Source: Andalucia godoyi And28
Lineage: Eukaryota; Protista; Jakobida
Length of the DNA: 64,000 nucleotides
Reading direction: 5' to 3'
NCBI GenBank assembly: GCA_009859145.1
Contig: VRVR01000016.1
Location: 112,594-176,593 of the forward strand
The notes beneath the pieces are model-generated. The model had not been told where the DNA came from and searched no databases. It saw nothing but the letters and a program-made list of their open reading frames with translations. Below, piece after piece: positions 48,014 to 58,740 of the stretch. Numbering within the stretch: the stretch's first letter is position 1; each line of letters begins with the position of its first letter. A program made the position numbers and the translations under genes.

Positions 48014-48613
48014 ACTTCCTGAGGAGGAAACCATAGGCTTAACTTCCGCATTGCCATTTTTTGCCAAATAAGCAATCTGGTTTGTGATTGCCACAAGTGC
48101 GTGAAACAAGGGGTTTTCTGTTGTTGGTTTTATTTTATTTTTGTTTTGTTGGGATACGGCGTCACTGAAAATAATGTACAGATGGAACAGTCTCGAAAGC
48201 TTTGCTTGGTAAAATCTATTTATCACGAGACAATTCTCGAGGGAAAACCTTCAAAGAACCCAAATGGTTTGTCGTCAATTTTTTCTTGTGTTCTCTCTGC
48301 AATGGTTACATGGATTTGTCTGTGTGTGTGTGTGTGTGTGTGCTTCTCAAAAATCGGCATGCTAATCATTGCTTTGTTGTGCAGATTTGCAAAATTTCCT
48401 TCAGGTTCTTGACTGGGTAATCTCTGAAAGAATCCAGCAATCGGAATTCGATGCATTGTATGCTGCATGGCTTTCATCCGGCTCGGACAGCGTATGTTTG
48501 ATCTTTTATGAATTTTAGTATTATCGTGGTTTGGCTTCTTTTTTTTGTGGTACATTTTTCTGAATTTATTTGTTGCGTGTGTGTTTGTGTGTGTTTGTGT
48601 GTAGAGTTCAAAG

Positions 48614-50911
48614 ATGCGCATTCCGGAAGATGAATTTCGAAAGCTCATTCGGACGAGAGCAGAGACGGAGCTTGATTTAATGCTCAGTTGCATCATGACG
48701 TCGTTCAACAACTCATTGTTGACTTCTGGAAAGGTGTCGCCTCAGTGGATCCGAGATGCAGAGACGGTGTTTTTCATGCTTGATTCTGCAGGGTATGGGT
48801 ACGTCACGATTGATGAACTGCAGTTCTTGGTGCTGGCGCTCGTGGGGGAAGAAGAATCTTCGTGGTCGCATCGTCGACTGTTGAAATCCACTGCAGAGTT
48901 CATGAAGGATGCCGCAGCGGTCAATGGAATTCTAACGTTGAGAAGATTCAAACAGTACTTCTTGGTCAATAACATTGATGAAATGGCGCTGGAAAGCACA
49001 ATTCGAAAGCTCGAGTCGGAGGCCACGAAATGGATTGGTTTTGTGCAGCGCGATGTGGATACGATACCCCGGACCTGGGAAAAGGCGGTTAGGGAAGGTG
49101 CCCGATTCGTGGGAAAGACCCTGTTTAGCGGTGGTTCAACTGGCGCTGGAGAAGATGTTGATTACTATTTGTGGATGGATACTGCAGATTTGCGATGCGA
49201 TTTTGTGGAGGAGCAGCAACAGTGGAAGTTGTCCTTGGAGCTCTTTCGACGGTTTGCAGATCATCATGAGGACCTATACTCCCTGACCACAGAGGAAGAC
49301 ATTTTAAACAGCCCAGTCTTCATTCAAATGCAGCAGACCTTGTTGCTCTATCAGGAGTACATGTCGAAGATTTTGTCGTCGCTGACAGAGCCGCAGTCGT
49401 TTCGGACCTCGACACTAAGGAGCCCTCCTGGCGGGCCGCTCTCTTCACGATCTCGATCATATTTGTCTGAAACACCCGTTAAGGCGGCTCCAGGATCTGC
49501 GTCGCCAAGACATGCGTCCATGCGCTTGACGAATATTGCTTCTCCCGAAAAGGACTTCAGAGACTCCATTTTGAATGTGACTGCCAAGGACGACATCTCT
49601 ATGGTTACCAATAAGAACGACTCGGTGTCGGAATCCAATCTTTCCGATTCTCAGGATTTTCCGCAGCTGGTCGTCGACGATCCCCTGCCGGAAGCTGCAG
49701 AGGTGGATCGCATGGTTCGAAATGCTGAATGGGTCGATGTGCGCTTGGAGGATGTCATTTCAGCTCCACGGCCGCAGTTACTGTCCTTGCTCGATACCTC
49801 CGGTTCGAAGCAGTCGTCTTTGATCTCGGCCACTGCTACCGCTACCGCCATACCGACGTCCACACCCACATCCGTGTCCATTCCTGCTGTAGCAAGCATG
49901 CAGCGGCCCGGTGAGGTCTCGTCGACGCATGATGGTCCGACGTCCATCGTTAATGTGGACTCGGAGACTGTCGACACGTTGTCCTCGGTGCCCCCTACGC
50001 CAATCCCGCCCTGGGTGGAACACCTGACCAAGTCGATTGTGGATAGCCTGGTGGAGTACCAGAAGAAGCTCTCTGAAACCCAAAACTCGTCGGCCGCACA
50101 CAACTCGGTGTCCCACGTGGACCAGACACAGGTTCCGCCCTCGCCGAGCGTTATTGCGCCGGGACAGTCGGGTCTGTTTACCCCAGCGAGTCGCATGCAC
50201 AGTTTGACGTCGCCGTCGCCGGGTGTCCAGGCCCCACCCCCAAAGTTTGGAAGTCCCCATGTTCCGCCAGACCTTCTTGCTCAGTCTTATGAATCTGCCA
50301 TGCATCGGCTTGCGGAGTTAAACGTTGCATTCCCTCCATTCGCTCAAACAGAGCCGACTCCGGAGCAGGAATTGCAGACAATGCTGAGCGCTCATTCAGG
50401 AACCAAGGGTTCATCGCTGAACACCGTTCCTTCTGTGGATCTCATAACCCCGGACTATCTGAAGTCCGTGCTTCGGACGATGGGACAACCTCACGATGAC
50501 CTCCGCGAACTGCAGGCTGGCGTGATCCATCCTCCTCCTCCAGTGATGGTACCAGGAAGCAGCTCCGACCAGCATGCGAAAACAATTCGCCCGTCTGTAC
50601 TGTCCGACGTTCCGCACGCATCGGATGGGTATAATAAGGGAAGGACAGGTGGATCGTCGAGATCAACCACGCCTCGTGAATCTCTGAAAAGAGGAGACTC
50701 GTCGTCCTATGCAGAGATATTGTCGACGATGAACTTGTCGACGGAACCGTTCAAGAAACAGGCTAAATCCAATGCCGCCGCTGGTGCTGGTGCTGGTGCT
50801 TTCTCGTCAGCAAGCTCCAAGAACAGCAACAGCGGTAACAATCGATCTGCGGCTAGTAATCCGCGAACTACACAGCGTTCCTCAAGAGCGCCCGCTGGGG
50901 AACGATTCTAA
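48614..50911 (+). CDS. EF-hand-containing hypothetical protein with a long Ser/Pro-rich disordered tail
   Basis: 765-aa ORF. EF-hand-like FFMLDSAGYGYVTIDELQF and a degenerate second loop AVNGILTLRRF. Confidence 0.75.
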   Translation: MRIPEDEFRKLIRTRAETELDLMLSCIMTSFNNSLLTSGKVSPQWIRDAETVFFMLDSAGYGYVTIDELQFLVLALVGEEESSWSHRRLLKSTAEFMKDAAAVNGILTLRRFKQYFLVNNIDEMALESTIRKLESEATKWIGFVQRDVDTIPRTWEKAVREGARFVGKTLFSGGSTGAGEDVDYYLWMDTADLRCDFVEEQQQWKLSLELFRRFADHHEDLYSLTTEEDILNSPVFIQMQQTLLLYQEYMSKILSSLTEPQSFRTSTLRSPPGGPLSSRSRSYLSETPVKAAPGSASPRHASMRLTNIASPEKDFRDSILNVTAKDDISMVTNKNDSVSESNLSDSQDFPQLVVDDPLPEAAEVDRMVRNAEWVDVRLEDVISAPRPQLLSLLDTSGSKQSSLISATATATAIPTSTPTSVSIPAVASMQRPGEVSSTHDGPTSIVNVDSETVDTLSSVPPTPIPPWVEHLTKSIVDSLVEYQKKLSETQNSSAAHNSVSHVDQTQVPPSPSVIAPGQSGLFTPASRMHSLTSPSPGVQAPPPKFGSPHVPPDLLAQSYESAMHRLAELNVAFPPFAQTEPTPEQELQTMLSAHSGTKGSSLNTVPSVDLITPDYLKSVLRTMGQPHDDLRELQAGVIHPPPPVMVPGSSSDQHAKTIRPSVLSDVPHASDGYNKGRTGGSSRSTTPRESLKRGDSSSYAEILSTMNLSTEPFKKQAKSNAAAGAGAGAFSSASSKNSNSGNNRSAASNPRTTQRSSRAPAGERF

Positions 50912-51089
50912 CGTTTCATGTTGGTTGTGTCAACGATGTGCCGTAAATTTTCATCGTAATATATACAAGCATCGTGCTTCTTCGTCTTGCATGCGGGTCG
51001 GGAAAGGAAAACGACATGCTGATGCATTTTGTCTTTTTCATTTTTCATTTTTCATTTTTTAAATTTTAATTATTGTTATATAACTAAAA

Positions 51090-52547
51090 TCACGAAATAG
51101 AATTGCCGACGGCAACGCTCAATCCAAGTCCCATGCTTGATCCACAGGATATTCCAAGCAGCAAAAAGAAGGACATCATGGTTCCTGCGGTTTGCTTTTC
51201 GAAATCATCGGTCGGACCTGGTCCCCACATCATCAGCGTGGAGCCTAGATATCCATTTGAAAACGCCATGAGTACCATGAGAATGATTGGAATGGAGTCG
51301 TGTTGGAAATACGCTGGATGTACGCAGAACACAAACAGTGGAATGAACAGAAGGCGGGCGAGAACGGCATACACAATCGTCGTTTCGTTCACCAGATTAA
51401 TTTTTCCAGCAAGCGTTCTCCCCGCGGTATCAAACACATTGAAGGTCGTGATGAGGATGACCGGGAACCAGTCTCCGAGTCCCTGGTACGACGGAATGAC
51501 GACGCACAGGCCGGGGAAAATGCCGAGAGTGACGAAAAAGACGCACCAAACCAAGAATCCGTGCTTCTTAATCTTGCCCAGCACGACAAAAGTGCTCGGA
51601 TGTGGAGCAACTTCATTGATGGATGCTGCTGACTTGGAAGCCAGCAAGGAAGACGTCTCTGAGCTTCCAGATTTGATTTCCGCATACTCTTCATCGGCGG
51701 AGATCGCTTGAGAATCAATGTACTGTTGAATATACGGAATCCTTCGCAACACAAACAAGGAGATGATCACTGCAACCATGACGACTGCTGCAACCTCAAA
51801 GTAGATGATGGTTGCTTCCTTGATTCCATCATCGGATGCAGGCATCGTTGCCTTGGTAATGATGCGCAGCAAACAAACGAACACGCCAGAAACACCGTTG
51901 CCGGCCATCAACGCCTGCGTAAAATGAAAAGGCAGAGCGCCTCCTAAGCCGAACGATCCTGCCTGAGTAGACGCCGTCCCAACACCCATGATAACCACAA
52001 ACGCCACAGTAATTCCCATCGCAACAGACGAGGACAGCATGTACGTCAACAGCGGCATCAGCACCAGAATGGCAAAGAACACGGCAAAGAACGGTACCGT
52101 CTTCGACATGAAAGACATGCGATGTCCGAACTTCACCAGCAGCAACAGCCCCAAAAGATTAGGATACGAAAACGCAATCGAAAAGTAAAACTCAATCGCT
52201 GGGCCGTACAGCAAGCTAAAGTAGTCTGGGGCAGAAATCACAATGTTCCACGGAAGCAGCACACCGACTCCCAGCAGCAAAAAGATCCAATACGCCACAT
52301 GCGACTATTTCACACAGCTCAAATAAATAAAGAAGAAAGAAGAAAGAAGGAGGGGGGAAAGCACCCAAAATGACCAATGAGAACATTAATTCGCAAAAGA
52401 AAAAAAAAACAAATTTCAAAACCCGAAAATGACTGAAGACTCTCCATGATCATCAACGCGAGATTGCCGAATGTACATTAAATGCAAAGATCGAAAAACA
52501 CGAAAAAAAACAACAACAAAAAAACATACGGTTGGTTCTGACGCCAT
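51090..52547 (-). CDS. Equilibrative nucleoside transporter (SLC29/ENT)
   Basis: Motifs LLGVGVLLPWN..I.A.DYF, FFVTLGIFPG, FNVFDTAGR and SNGYLG; about 11 TM. Probable micro-exon 52530-52547 (MASEPT) with an intron at 52305-52529 (GTATGT..TAG); this exon is less certain. Confidence 0.9.
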
Positions 52548-52870
52548 TTCGGAAGATGGTCTTCGTGGCTTTAGCAAATCATCCTCGAATGAAGCAAAGA
52601 AGACGAAGAACAAAGACGAACTCGCAGAAGCAGCAGTCCTCTCTCAGATGCTTCCTTCCTGCGTGTGTTGGGCATACTGCAGGCATACCTTCACGAAACA
52701 ACGAAAGAGAGATACGCGAATGTTGGTTACGACGGTTGGCACCCCCAACAGACAATTGTCCGACATTCTGCATGGGGCCACTGGCCCAAGGACTACTGCT
52801 ATGTTGTAGGACACCGCCGTCTTTCCAGCGTTTTCTGCGCTGACGAGTGAAAGCAGAAAAAAGGAAAAGG

Positions 52871-52931
52871 AAGAAGAACAAGAACAAGAAGAAGAAGAAG
52901 AAGAAGAAGAAGAAGAAGAAGAAGAAGAAGA
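52871..52931. repeat. (GAA)n trinucleotide repeat upstream of the saccharopine dehydrogenase ATG
   Basis: Read directly from the sequence; explains the polyLys N-terminus of the ORF-track entry. Confidence 0.9.
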
Positions 52932-52945
52932 GTGTGGGATTGGTA

Positions 52946-54361
52946 ATGAAGGCGTCTCGAAAGATACTGGTGCTTGGATCTGGCTTTGTGTCTGCTGGAT
53001 TTGTGAATTACTTTGTGCAGCATGGAGAGACGAATGTGAAGTTGACGATTGCGTCGAATCTCGTTGATCAGGCGCAGAAGCTTATTGATGAGTTTGCTCC
53101 GGAGATCGGCCATGCCATTTTCTTTGATTTGAAAGACGAGGCAGCGAATCGAAAATTGATCAAAGAACATGATGTTGTTGTGTCGCTGCTTCCTGCGACT
53201 CTGCATGTCGTTATCGCGAAGCTGTGTGTGGAGGAGAAGAAGAACATGGTGACGACCAGCTACATCTCCAGCGAAATGGCGGGTCTTGATGCAGCGGCAA
53301 AGGCTGCAGGAATCATCATCATGAATGAAATCGGTCTTGATCCCGGCATCGACCACTGCTCTGCAAAAGCCGTTTTTGATGACATTCATGCCCGCGGCGG
53401 GAACGTAACGGGCTTTGTGTCGTACTGCGGAGGGCTTCCTGCTCCGGAAAACTCCCGCAATCCACTGGGATACAAGTTTTCATGGAACCCACGCGGCGTC
53501 CTCACCGCTGCCGAAGCCCCTGCTCGATTCCTGTGGAACGGAGAAGTCGTGGAGTACGACGCAGGCGAGACGTACGCGCATGCCATTCCGCAGAAGCAGT
53601 ATCCGGGGTTCAACCTCGAAGGAGTAGCCAACCGCGACTCGATCAAGTACAGAGAGCTGTATGACATCCCAGAGGCAGAAACAGTGCTCCGAGGCACTCT
53701 GCGATTCCCTGGCTTTGCAACGATGGTGCTCACGTTTCGAGCACTGGGGCTTACCGACACGACCGAGTACGGGGATGGCGCCGCGCCGGCGACGTGGCCT
53801 GCACTATTGAGTCGCGTTCTCAACGTACCGCAAGACATCTCCTCTCTGCGCGCGGCTGTCGAAGCAAAAGTCCAGGAAAGGTTTGCGGGGAGCCAGGGTC
53901 GTGTGAAGGACGCTCTTAATGGCCTGCAGTGGTTCGGGGTGTTCTTGGAGACTACCAAGGTGGACTTGGCTACGCGGTCTCCTATTGATTCGCTCACAAG
54001 CTTGCTGAATGCAAAGCTTGTCTACGGAAAAGGAGAGCGTGATCTTGTGATTCTTACTCATGAGTTTACGTATCAGCTACCGGACCAGCCTCGTAGCCAT
54101 GGTGCCACAGGAAAGCAGAGGAAGACGTCGACCCTGGTGCTGTACGGAGACCCCATTGGCTCGCATCGAGCGCTTACTGCGATGGCCCGATGCGTCGGTA
54201 TTCCTTGTGCAATCGCGACACACCTCGTACTGGATGGCGTGATCACTCGAACCGGAGTCTGTGGACCGATGACCCCGGATCTCTACAAGCCGCTTCTGGC
54301 CAGCCTCGCTCAGAACGGCATCCATCTGGACGAGTTCGAGGAAGACGTCGTGGAATCGTAA
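52946..54361 (+). CDS. LYS9: Saccharopine dehydrogenase (glutamate-forming; Lys9/AASS-SDH domain), standalone
   Basis: Motifs ILVLGSGFVS, VVSLLP, NEIGLDPGIDH, SYCGGLPAPE..NPLGYKFSWNP, LRGTLRFPGF and AMARCVG.P. Confidence 0.9.
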   Translation: MKASRKILVLGSGFVSAGFVNYFVQHGETNVKLTIASNLVDQAQKLIDEFAPEIGHAIFFDLKDEAANRKLIKEHDVVVSLLPATLHVVIAKLCVEEKKNMVTTSYISSEMAGLDAAAKAAGIIIMNEIGLDPGIDHCSAKAVFDDIHARGGNVTGFVSYCGGLPAPENSRNPLGYKFSWNPRGVLTAAEAPARFLWNGEVVEYDAGETYAHAIPQKQYPGFNLEGVANRDSIKYRELYDIPEAETVLRGTLRFPGFATMVLTFRALGLTDTTEYGDGAAPATWPALLSRVLNVPQDISSLRAAVEAKVQERFAGSQGRVKDALNGLQWFGVFLETTKVDLATRSPIDSLTSLLNAKLVYGKGERDLVILTHEFTYQLPDQPRSHGATGKQRKTSTLVLYGDPIGSHRALTAMARCVGIPCAIATHLVLDGVITRTGVCGPMTPDLYKPLLASLAQNGIHLDEFEEDVVES

Positions 54362-54831
54362 TTGTAAAAATATCAACCAGCTGTAGTAAATTAGAGGGTT
54401 CAAATTTCCGAATCTTTTTTTTCCCCCCGAATTTTTTAAAATCGGAGATAAACTCACCCTTCTTCCTAGCGGCTATTCTTTTGAAATCTCAATGCTTTTC
54501 AAATCTCCATCTCTTGATTCTTTGATTCTTGAACTCCCGTTTGCTCAAAAAGCTCTCAACATTCTTATCCATTTCAGTTTTCCAAAACGTTTTTGTTATG
54601 AATGTTTTTTTAACTTTTACTTTTTATGTTTTAAACTTTTATTTTTAGTATTTTCATTTTCATTTTCATTTTCATTTTATTTTATTAAATTAAATTTCTT
54701 TTTTGGAATCCGGCACCGTGAGCAACCGTCAACCGTCAACCGTCAAACTTCAACATCAGCACTCATTCACACAGTCACTCAATCATACAGTCACTTAGTC
54801 AATCACGCGTATACAGACAATAGCGAGACAA

Positions 54832-56628
54832 ATGTCGGATCCTTTGTCGAACTCGGATGGCGCGAGCTTGTCTCCTGACCGAAATGTTCTCGGACAGCAG
54901 CAGCAACAGACGATGGTTGGTCCGTATATCCTTGGGCCGACGCTCGGGACTGGGTCGATGGGCAAGGTAAAGCTTGGGACGCATGGCGAAACTGGGCAAA
55001 AGGTTGCAATCAAGATTCTGAGAAAGGACATGCTTACTCGAAATCCGCTTTTGCGTAGGAAAGTTGAGCGTGAAATTGCAGTAATGAAACTTATGGATCA
55101 TCCGAATGTGCTTTTGCTGTACGATGTGCTTCAGTCGACTCGGTATTTATACCTTATTCTCGAGCACGCTCCGAATGGAGAGATGTTTCATTTCTTGAGG
55201 CAGGAAGGAAAGCTTGATTCAAAGAGGGCATTTCACTTCTTCCGCCAGATCATTAATGGGCTGGAGTACTGCCATCAGCGCTTGATCTGCCATCGCGATC
55301 TCAAACCGGAGAATTTACTGCTCGACGCAAACACAAATGTCAAGATTGCGGATTTTGGAATGGCAAACATGATGCGGGAGGGCGAGTTTATGGAGACGTC
55401 GTGTGGATCACCGCATTATGCTTCGCCAGAGGTTGTTCGTGGAGATAGGTACAATGGAATGCTCTCCGACGTCTGGTCTGCCGGTGTGATTCTGTACGCG
55501 TTGGTGTTTGGACGATTGCCGTTTGATGACTCGGGTGGATCGCTCCAGAAAATCCTTCTCAAGGTGAAGAAGGGCGATTTTTCGTTCCCCAAGGACGTTC
55601 AGGTCGATTCGGAAGTCAAGGATCTCATTTCAATGATGCTGCGCGTGGATCCTGAACAGAGAATCAAGGTCGCGGAAATCAAGCGCCATCCGTGGTGGGT
55701 CCATCAAATGGAGTTGCTTACTCCGGAACAGCGTGCGTACGGAAAGGTCACGACAGACGACTTTGACATGGAGCTTGCTCCAGTCGCCGAGACGGAAATC
55801 GATCTTGAAGTCATGAGAACGATCCAATCGCTTGGCTGGAACGACGCGGCATTGCTGAAATCGTCGCTCGGTTCTCGAGAGGAAAACGTCGAGAAGGTCA
55901 TGTACTACACGCTGCTAAGACGAAAGGCCGGCCTCGCTTCTGCCGAATCAAATGATCAATCCGGCAACAATGCTGCCCCCTCGAATGCGCTTCCGAGTGC
56001 AAACGATAAGCTGTCTGTTGCAGATGCAGCGGCTGCGGAGGAGCTCCGGCGTGTCACCCCGGCGTCGCCTATTTTTGATGAGGATGAGCCCGGAAAGGGT
56101 CCGTCGCTTCCGCCGTCATCGACCCTTCACTCAACTGGCCATGGAGACTCGTCTCCAAAATTGAGGCCGCGTACCATGTCCATTGTCGATACTGAGGTCG
56201 CTCCGTCGTCATCTGCGTTGGGCGCAAAGAAGAAGAGCGCGAGACTGGACTCTGGATTTGGTCTGTTCTCAGACCGGTCACTTGCTGAGGTCATGTCGGA
56301 GCTGGAGCGCGTACTCAAGAAGCTTGAAATCCAGTGGGAGAAACCATCTGAGTACAAGATCCAAGCGTGGTCTCGAGTGCCGCAAAAGGTGGATTTCGAT
56401 GTCGAAATATTGGAGGTCCCAGATGCTGGTGGCTATGTAGTCAACGTCATCAAGAAGAAGGGTGATCAGAGTGCAATTGTTGCCATTTTCCATCAGCTTC
56501 AGGAAGAGCTCAGATTAATGAGGAAGAGCAAGGACACGCCTGGGCATAATTCCGATGATGCAAAGAGTCCTCTTTCACGCAGGTCTTCGTCAAATGAGCA
56601 CCAAGCGACAAAGATTGCGGATGACTAG
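54832..56628 (+). CDS. AMPK-related Ser/Thr kinase, BRSK/SAD/Nim1-like, with UBA-like and KA1-like regions
   Basis: Motifs GPYILGPTLGTGSMGKVKLG, HRDLKPEN, DFG and TSCGSPHYASPE. C-terminal KA1-like fold. Confidence 0.92.
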   Translation: MSDPLSNSDGASLSPDRNVLGQQQQQTMVGPYILGPTLGTGSMGKVKLGTHGETGQKVAIKILRKDMLTRNPLLRRKVEREIAVMKLMDHPNVLLLYDVLQSTRYLYLILEHAPNGEMFHFLRQEGKLDSKRAFHFFRQIINGLEYCHQRLICHRDLKPENLLLDANTNVKIADFGMANMMREGEFMETSCGSPHYASPEVVRGDRYNGMLSDVWSAGVILYALVFGRLPFDDSGGSLQKILLKVKKGDFSFPKDVQVDSEVKDLISMMLRVDPEQRIKVAEIKRHPWWVHQMELLTPEQRAYGKVTTDDFDMELAPVAETEIDLEVMRTIQSLGWNDAALLKSSLGSREENVEKVMYYTLLRRKAGLASAESNDQSGNNAAPSNALPSANDKLSVADAAAAEELRRVTPASPIFDEDEPGKGPSLPPSSTLHSTGHGDSSPKLRPRTMSIVDTEVAPSSSALGAKKKSARLDSGFGLFSDRSLAEVMSELERVLKKLEIQWEKPSEYKIQAWSRVPQKVDFDVEILEVPDAGGYVVNVIKKKGDQSAIVAIFHQLQEELRLMRKSKDTPGHNSDDAKSPLSRRSSSNEHQATKIADD

Positions 56629-57016
56629 TCTCTGCATCTTCTGTGCGATCGTCTTCGTGTTGGCTCCAGACAATTGTTTCCGTTTTTCTATTAATTTTTT
56701 TTCTTCCATTTTTTCCTCTCTCTCTCTTTTCAATCCTCTGTTGTTGTGTTTTTTAATTAAAGAATACGGGAATTGGAGAAAAGGGCGGCGGCGAAGAAAC
56801 AGGAATTTGCAACAAAAAGAGGGCGTGAATCGACAATCAAATGAAGGCGGGAGAGAGATGATAATTTGTTCTGCTCATCTAATGTGTGGATTTTTCATGT
56901 CAAATTAAAAATTAAAAAAAAAAACAACGTCGCAGAAGTCCAAGAGGAAACCGACTCTGAAGGGGGGGCTTGGGGAGCCAGAGTGTGGAAGGAAAATCAA
57001 AATCCGTCTTTCTAAC

Positions 57017-58090
57017 TCATGACTGTTTGGGCTTGACGCGTGATGGAACGACGATATGCTCGGTTTTGGATTTGATTTCGTGGCTCTTGACCGAGGAGCT
57101 CTCTTTTTCGAGAACAAAAATGCAAGCAAACACCATCAGCGCACACGCCCACTGTGCTGGTGCGAGATGATGTCCAAAGTACACAACCGACAAGATAACC
57201 GAGAAGAACTTCCGGGTGGTTGTGATTAGAGCACACGCAAGCGACGAGTGGCTGACAATAACGTAGTGGATGAACACCTGGCCTCCAGCAGAGCAGAGCG
57301 AAAACGTGAGCAAGTCAATCAGAACCTCTGGGTTGCGCGCAACAAATCCGAAAGAATCATACAACTGCCCACTCGCCAAGATCATCGCAAACGAATAAAC
57401 AGTAGACCACACGTTATTGTACAGCATGGAAGCTATGGGGGACGGTTTTGCAGCGGAGCCCGTGTGGTCTTGGTATGCTCCACTGAAACCGTCAAACAGC
57501 AATGACAGCAAAAGAAGGGCTGCTCCAAGAGGTTCCAGAGCAATCTCGCTCGTAACGGCTTTCGTGCTTGGTTTGAACAGCATGAAGGCAGAGATGCCAG
57601 CACAGATGGCAAACACGCACGCATACTGCATCCGGGAGTACGGAGTCTTGAAAAAGAACGCTTTTGCAATGATAACGGGAATGGACTTTGAGCTCTTTGC
57701 GACCACCTGCGTCGGATACGGACAATAGTTGAGCGCCCATGTAGACGAAAGCATAGCACCAAACACAAAAAACGAGGGCTTCGCAAACTTGAGTAAAGCT
57801 GACAGAGAAAGCGACGAATACGACCTTCCCTTCTTTGGTGGGGTAAGTATATTCTGGAACGGAAGCAAGATCACGGCTGCGACAACATGAAACATGCACT
57901 GCGCAAACATCAGGAACGGCTTCTGAGAAAAACGCTCATCCAAGACTCCGTAACGCTTCGTAACCATCTTCTCAAGCTCCAGACCATACAGAAAATAGAA
58001 GAAATAGATTCCTGCAGTCGCCTTTAACACCGACAATACAGCGTGCTTTCGACTCGCGTGCTCCACAGCCGGATCCTTCTTTTCACTCAT
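57017..58090 (-). CDS. SLC35B1: UDP-galactose/nucleotide-sugar transporter, UAA family
   Basis: Motifs ALNYCPYPTQVVAKSSKSIPV, SLLFDGFSGAYQD, SAGGQVFI and ITTTRKFFSVILS. Confidence 0.88.
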   Translation of the reverse strand: MSEKKDPAVEHASRKHAVLSVLKATAGIYFFYFLYGLELEKMVTKRYGVLDERFSQKPFLMFAQCMFHVVAAVILLPFQNILTPPKKGRSYSSLSLSALLKFAKPSFFVFGAMLSSTWALNYCPYPTQVVAKSSKSIPVIIAKAFFFKTPYSRMQYACVFAICAGISAFMLFKPSTKAVTSEIALEPLGAALLLLSLLFDGFSGAYQDHTGSAAKPSPIASMLYNNVWSTVYSFAMILASGQLYDSFGFVARNPEVLIDLLTFSLCSAGGQVFIHYVIVSHSSLACALITTTRKFFSVILSVVYFGHHLAPAQWACALMVFACIFVLEKESSSVKSHEIKSKTEHIVVPSRVKPKQS

Positions 58091-58092
58091 GC

Positions 58093-58094
<2 letters not shown>

Positions 58095-58158
<64 letters not shown>
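58095..58158. repeat. (TG)n microsatellite abutting the SLC35B1 start codon
   Basis: Read directly from the sequence. Confidence 0.95.
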
Positions 58159-58159
<1 letters not shown>

Positions 58160-58740
58160 ACGTTAATGATACAGAGAGAAGAGCGGGAATGACAGAGAAA
58201 GGGAATCAAAGTCTTTCCAAAGACCTTCTCAAATTCGTAGGCTGCGGTTTGTGAATAAAATTGACTATTAAAGTATTCAGAGAGGAACAACGACTCAAAA
58301 CCAACAATTATGATGATGATGTACTTCCCAACTTCCAAAAGAGCAGCGTTGGCCATTGCAGTCTTTTGGTCTTCGCGTTTCGCGGACTGTAAGGACGTGA
58401 TTCGTCATACCAGACAGGACAGGCAAATAGGGGACTTTTGATTTTGCAAGACGCTCCCACTTCAACATAATCAAAGAACCGTAAATTTTTACAAAAAGCG
58501 TCATCTCCGCGACTACCAGCAGAGGTGCTAGAAGCAGAAGCAGGGAGCGGTGCAGGAGACGGGATTTGAGAAAAGGGATTTTAATTTTAAATAAATAAAT
58601 AAATAAATGAAAAGAAGAAATCTCGGGCTCTCTGAATTCAATTTACGGAAGCGACCTTATGGAGTATCCCGGCGAAGAAGAAGTAGAAGGAGATCAACGG
58701 AACGTGGGAGGGGAAAGAAAGAAAAACTCGACAACAGAAG

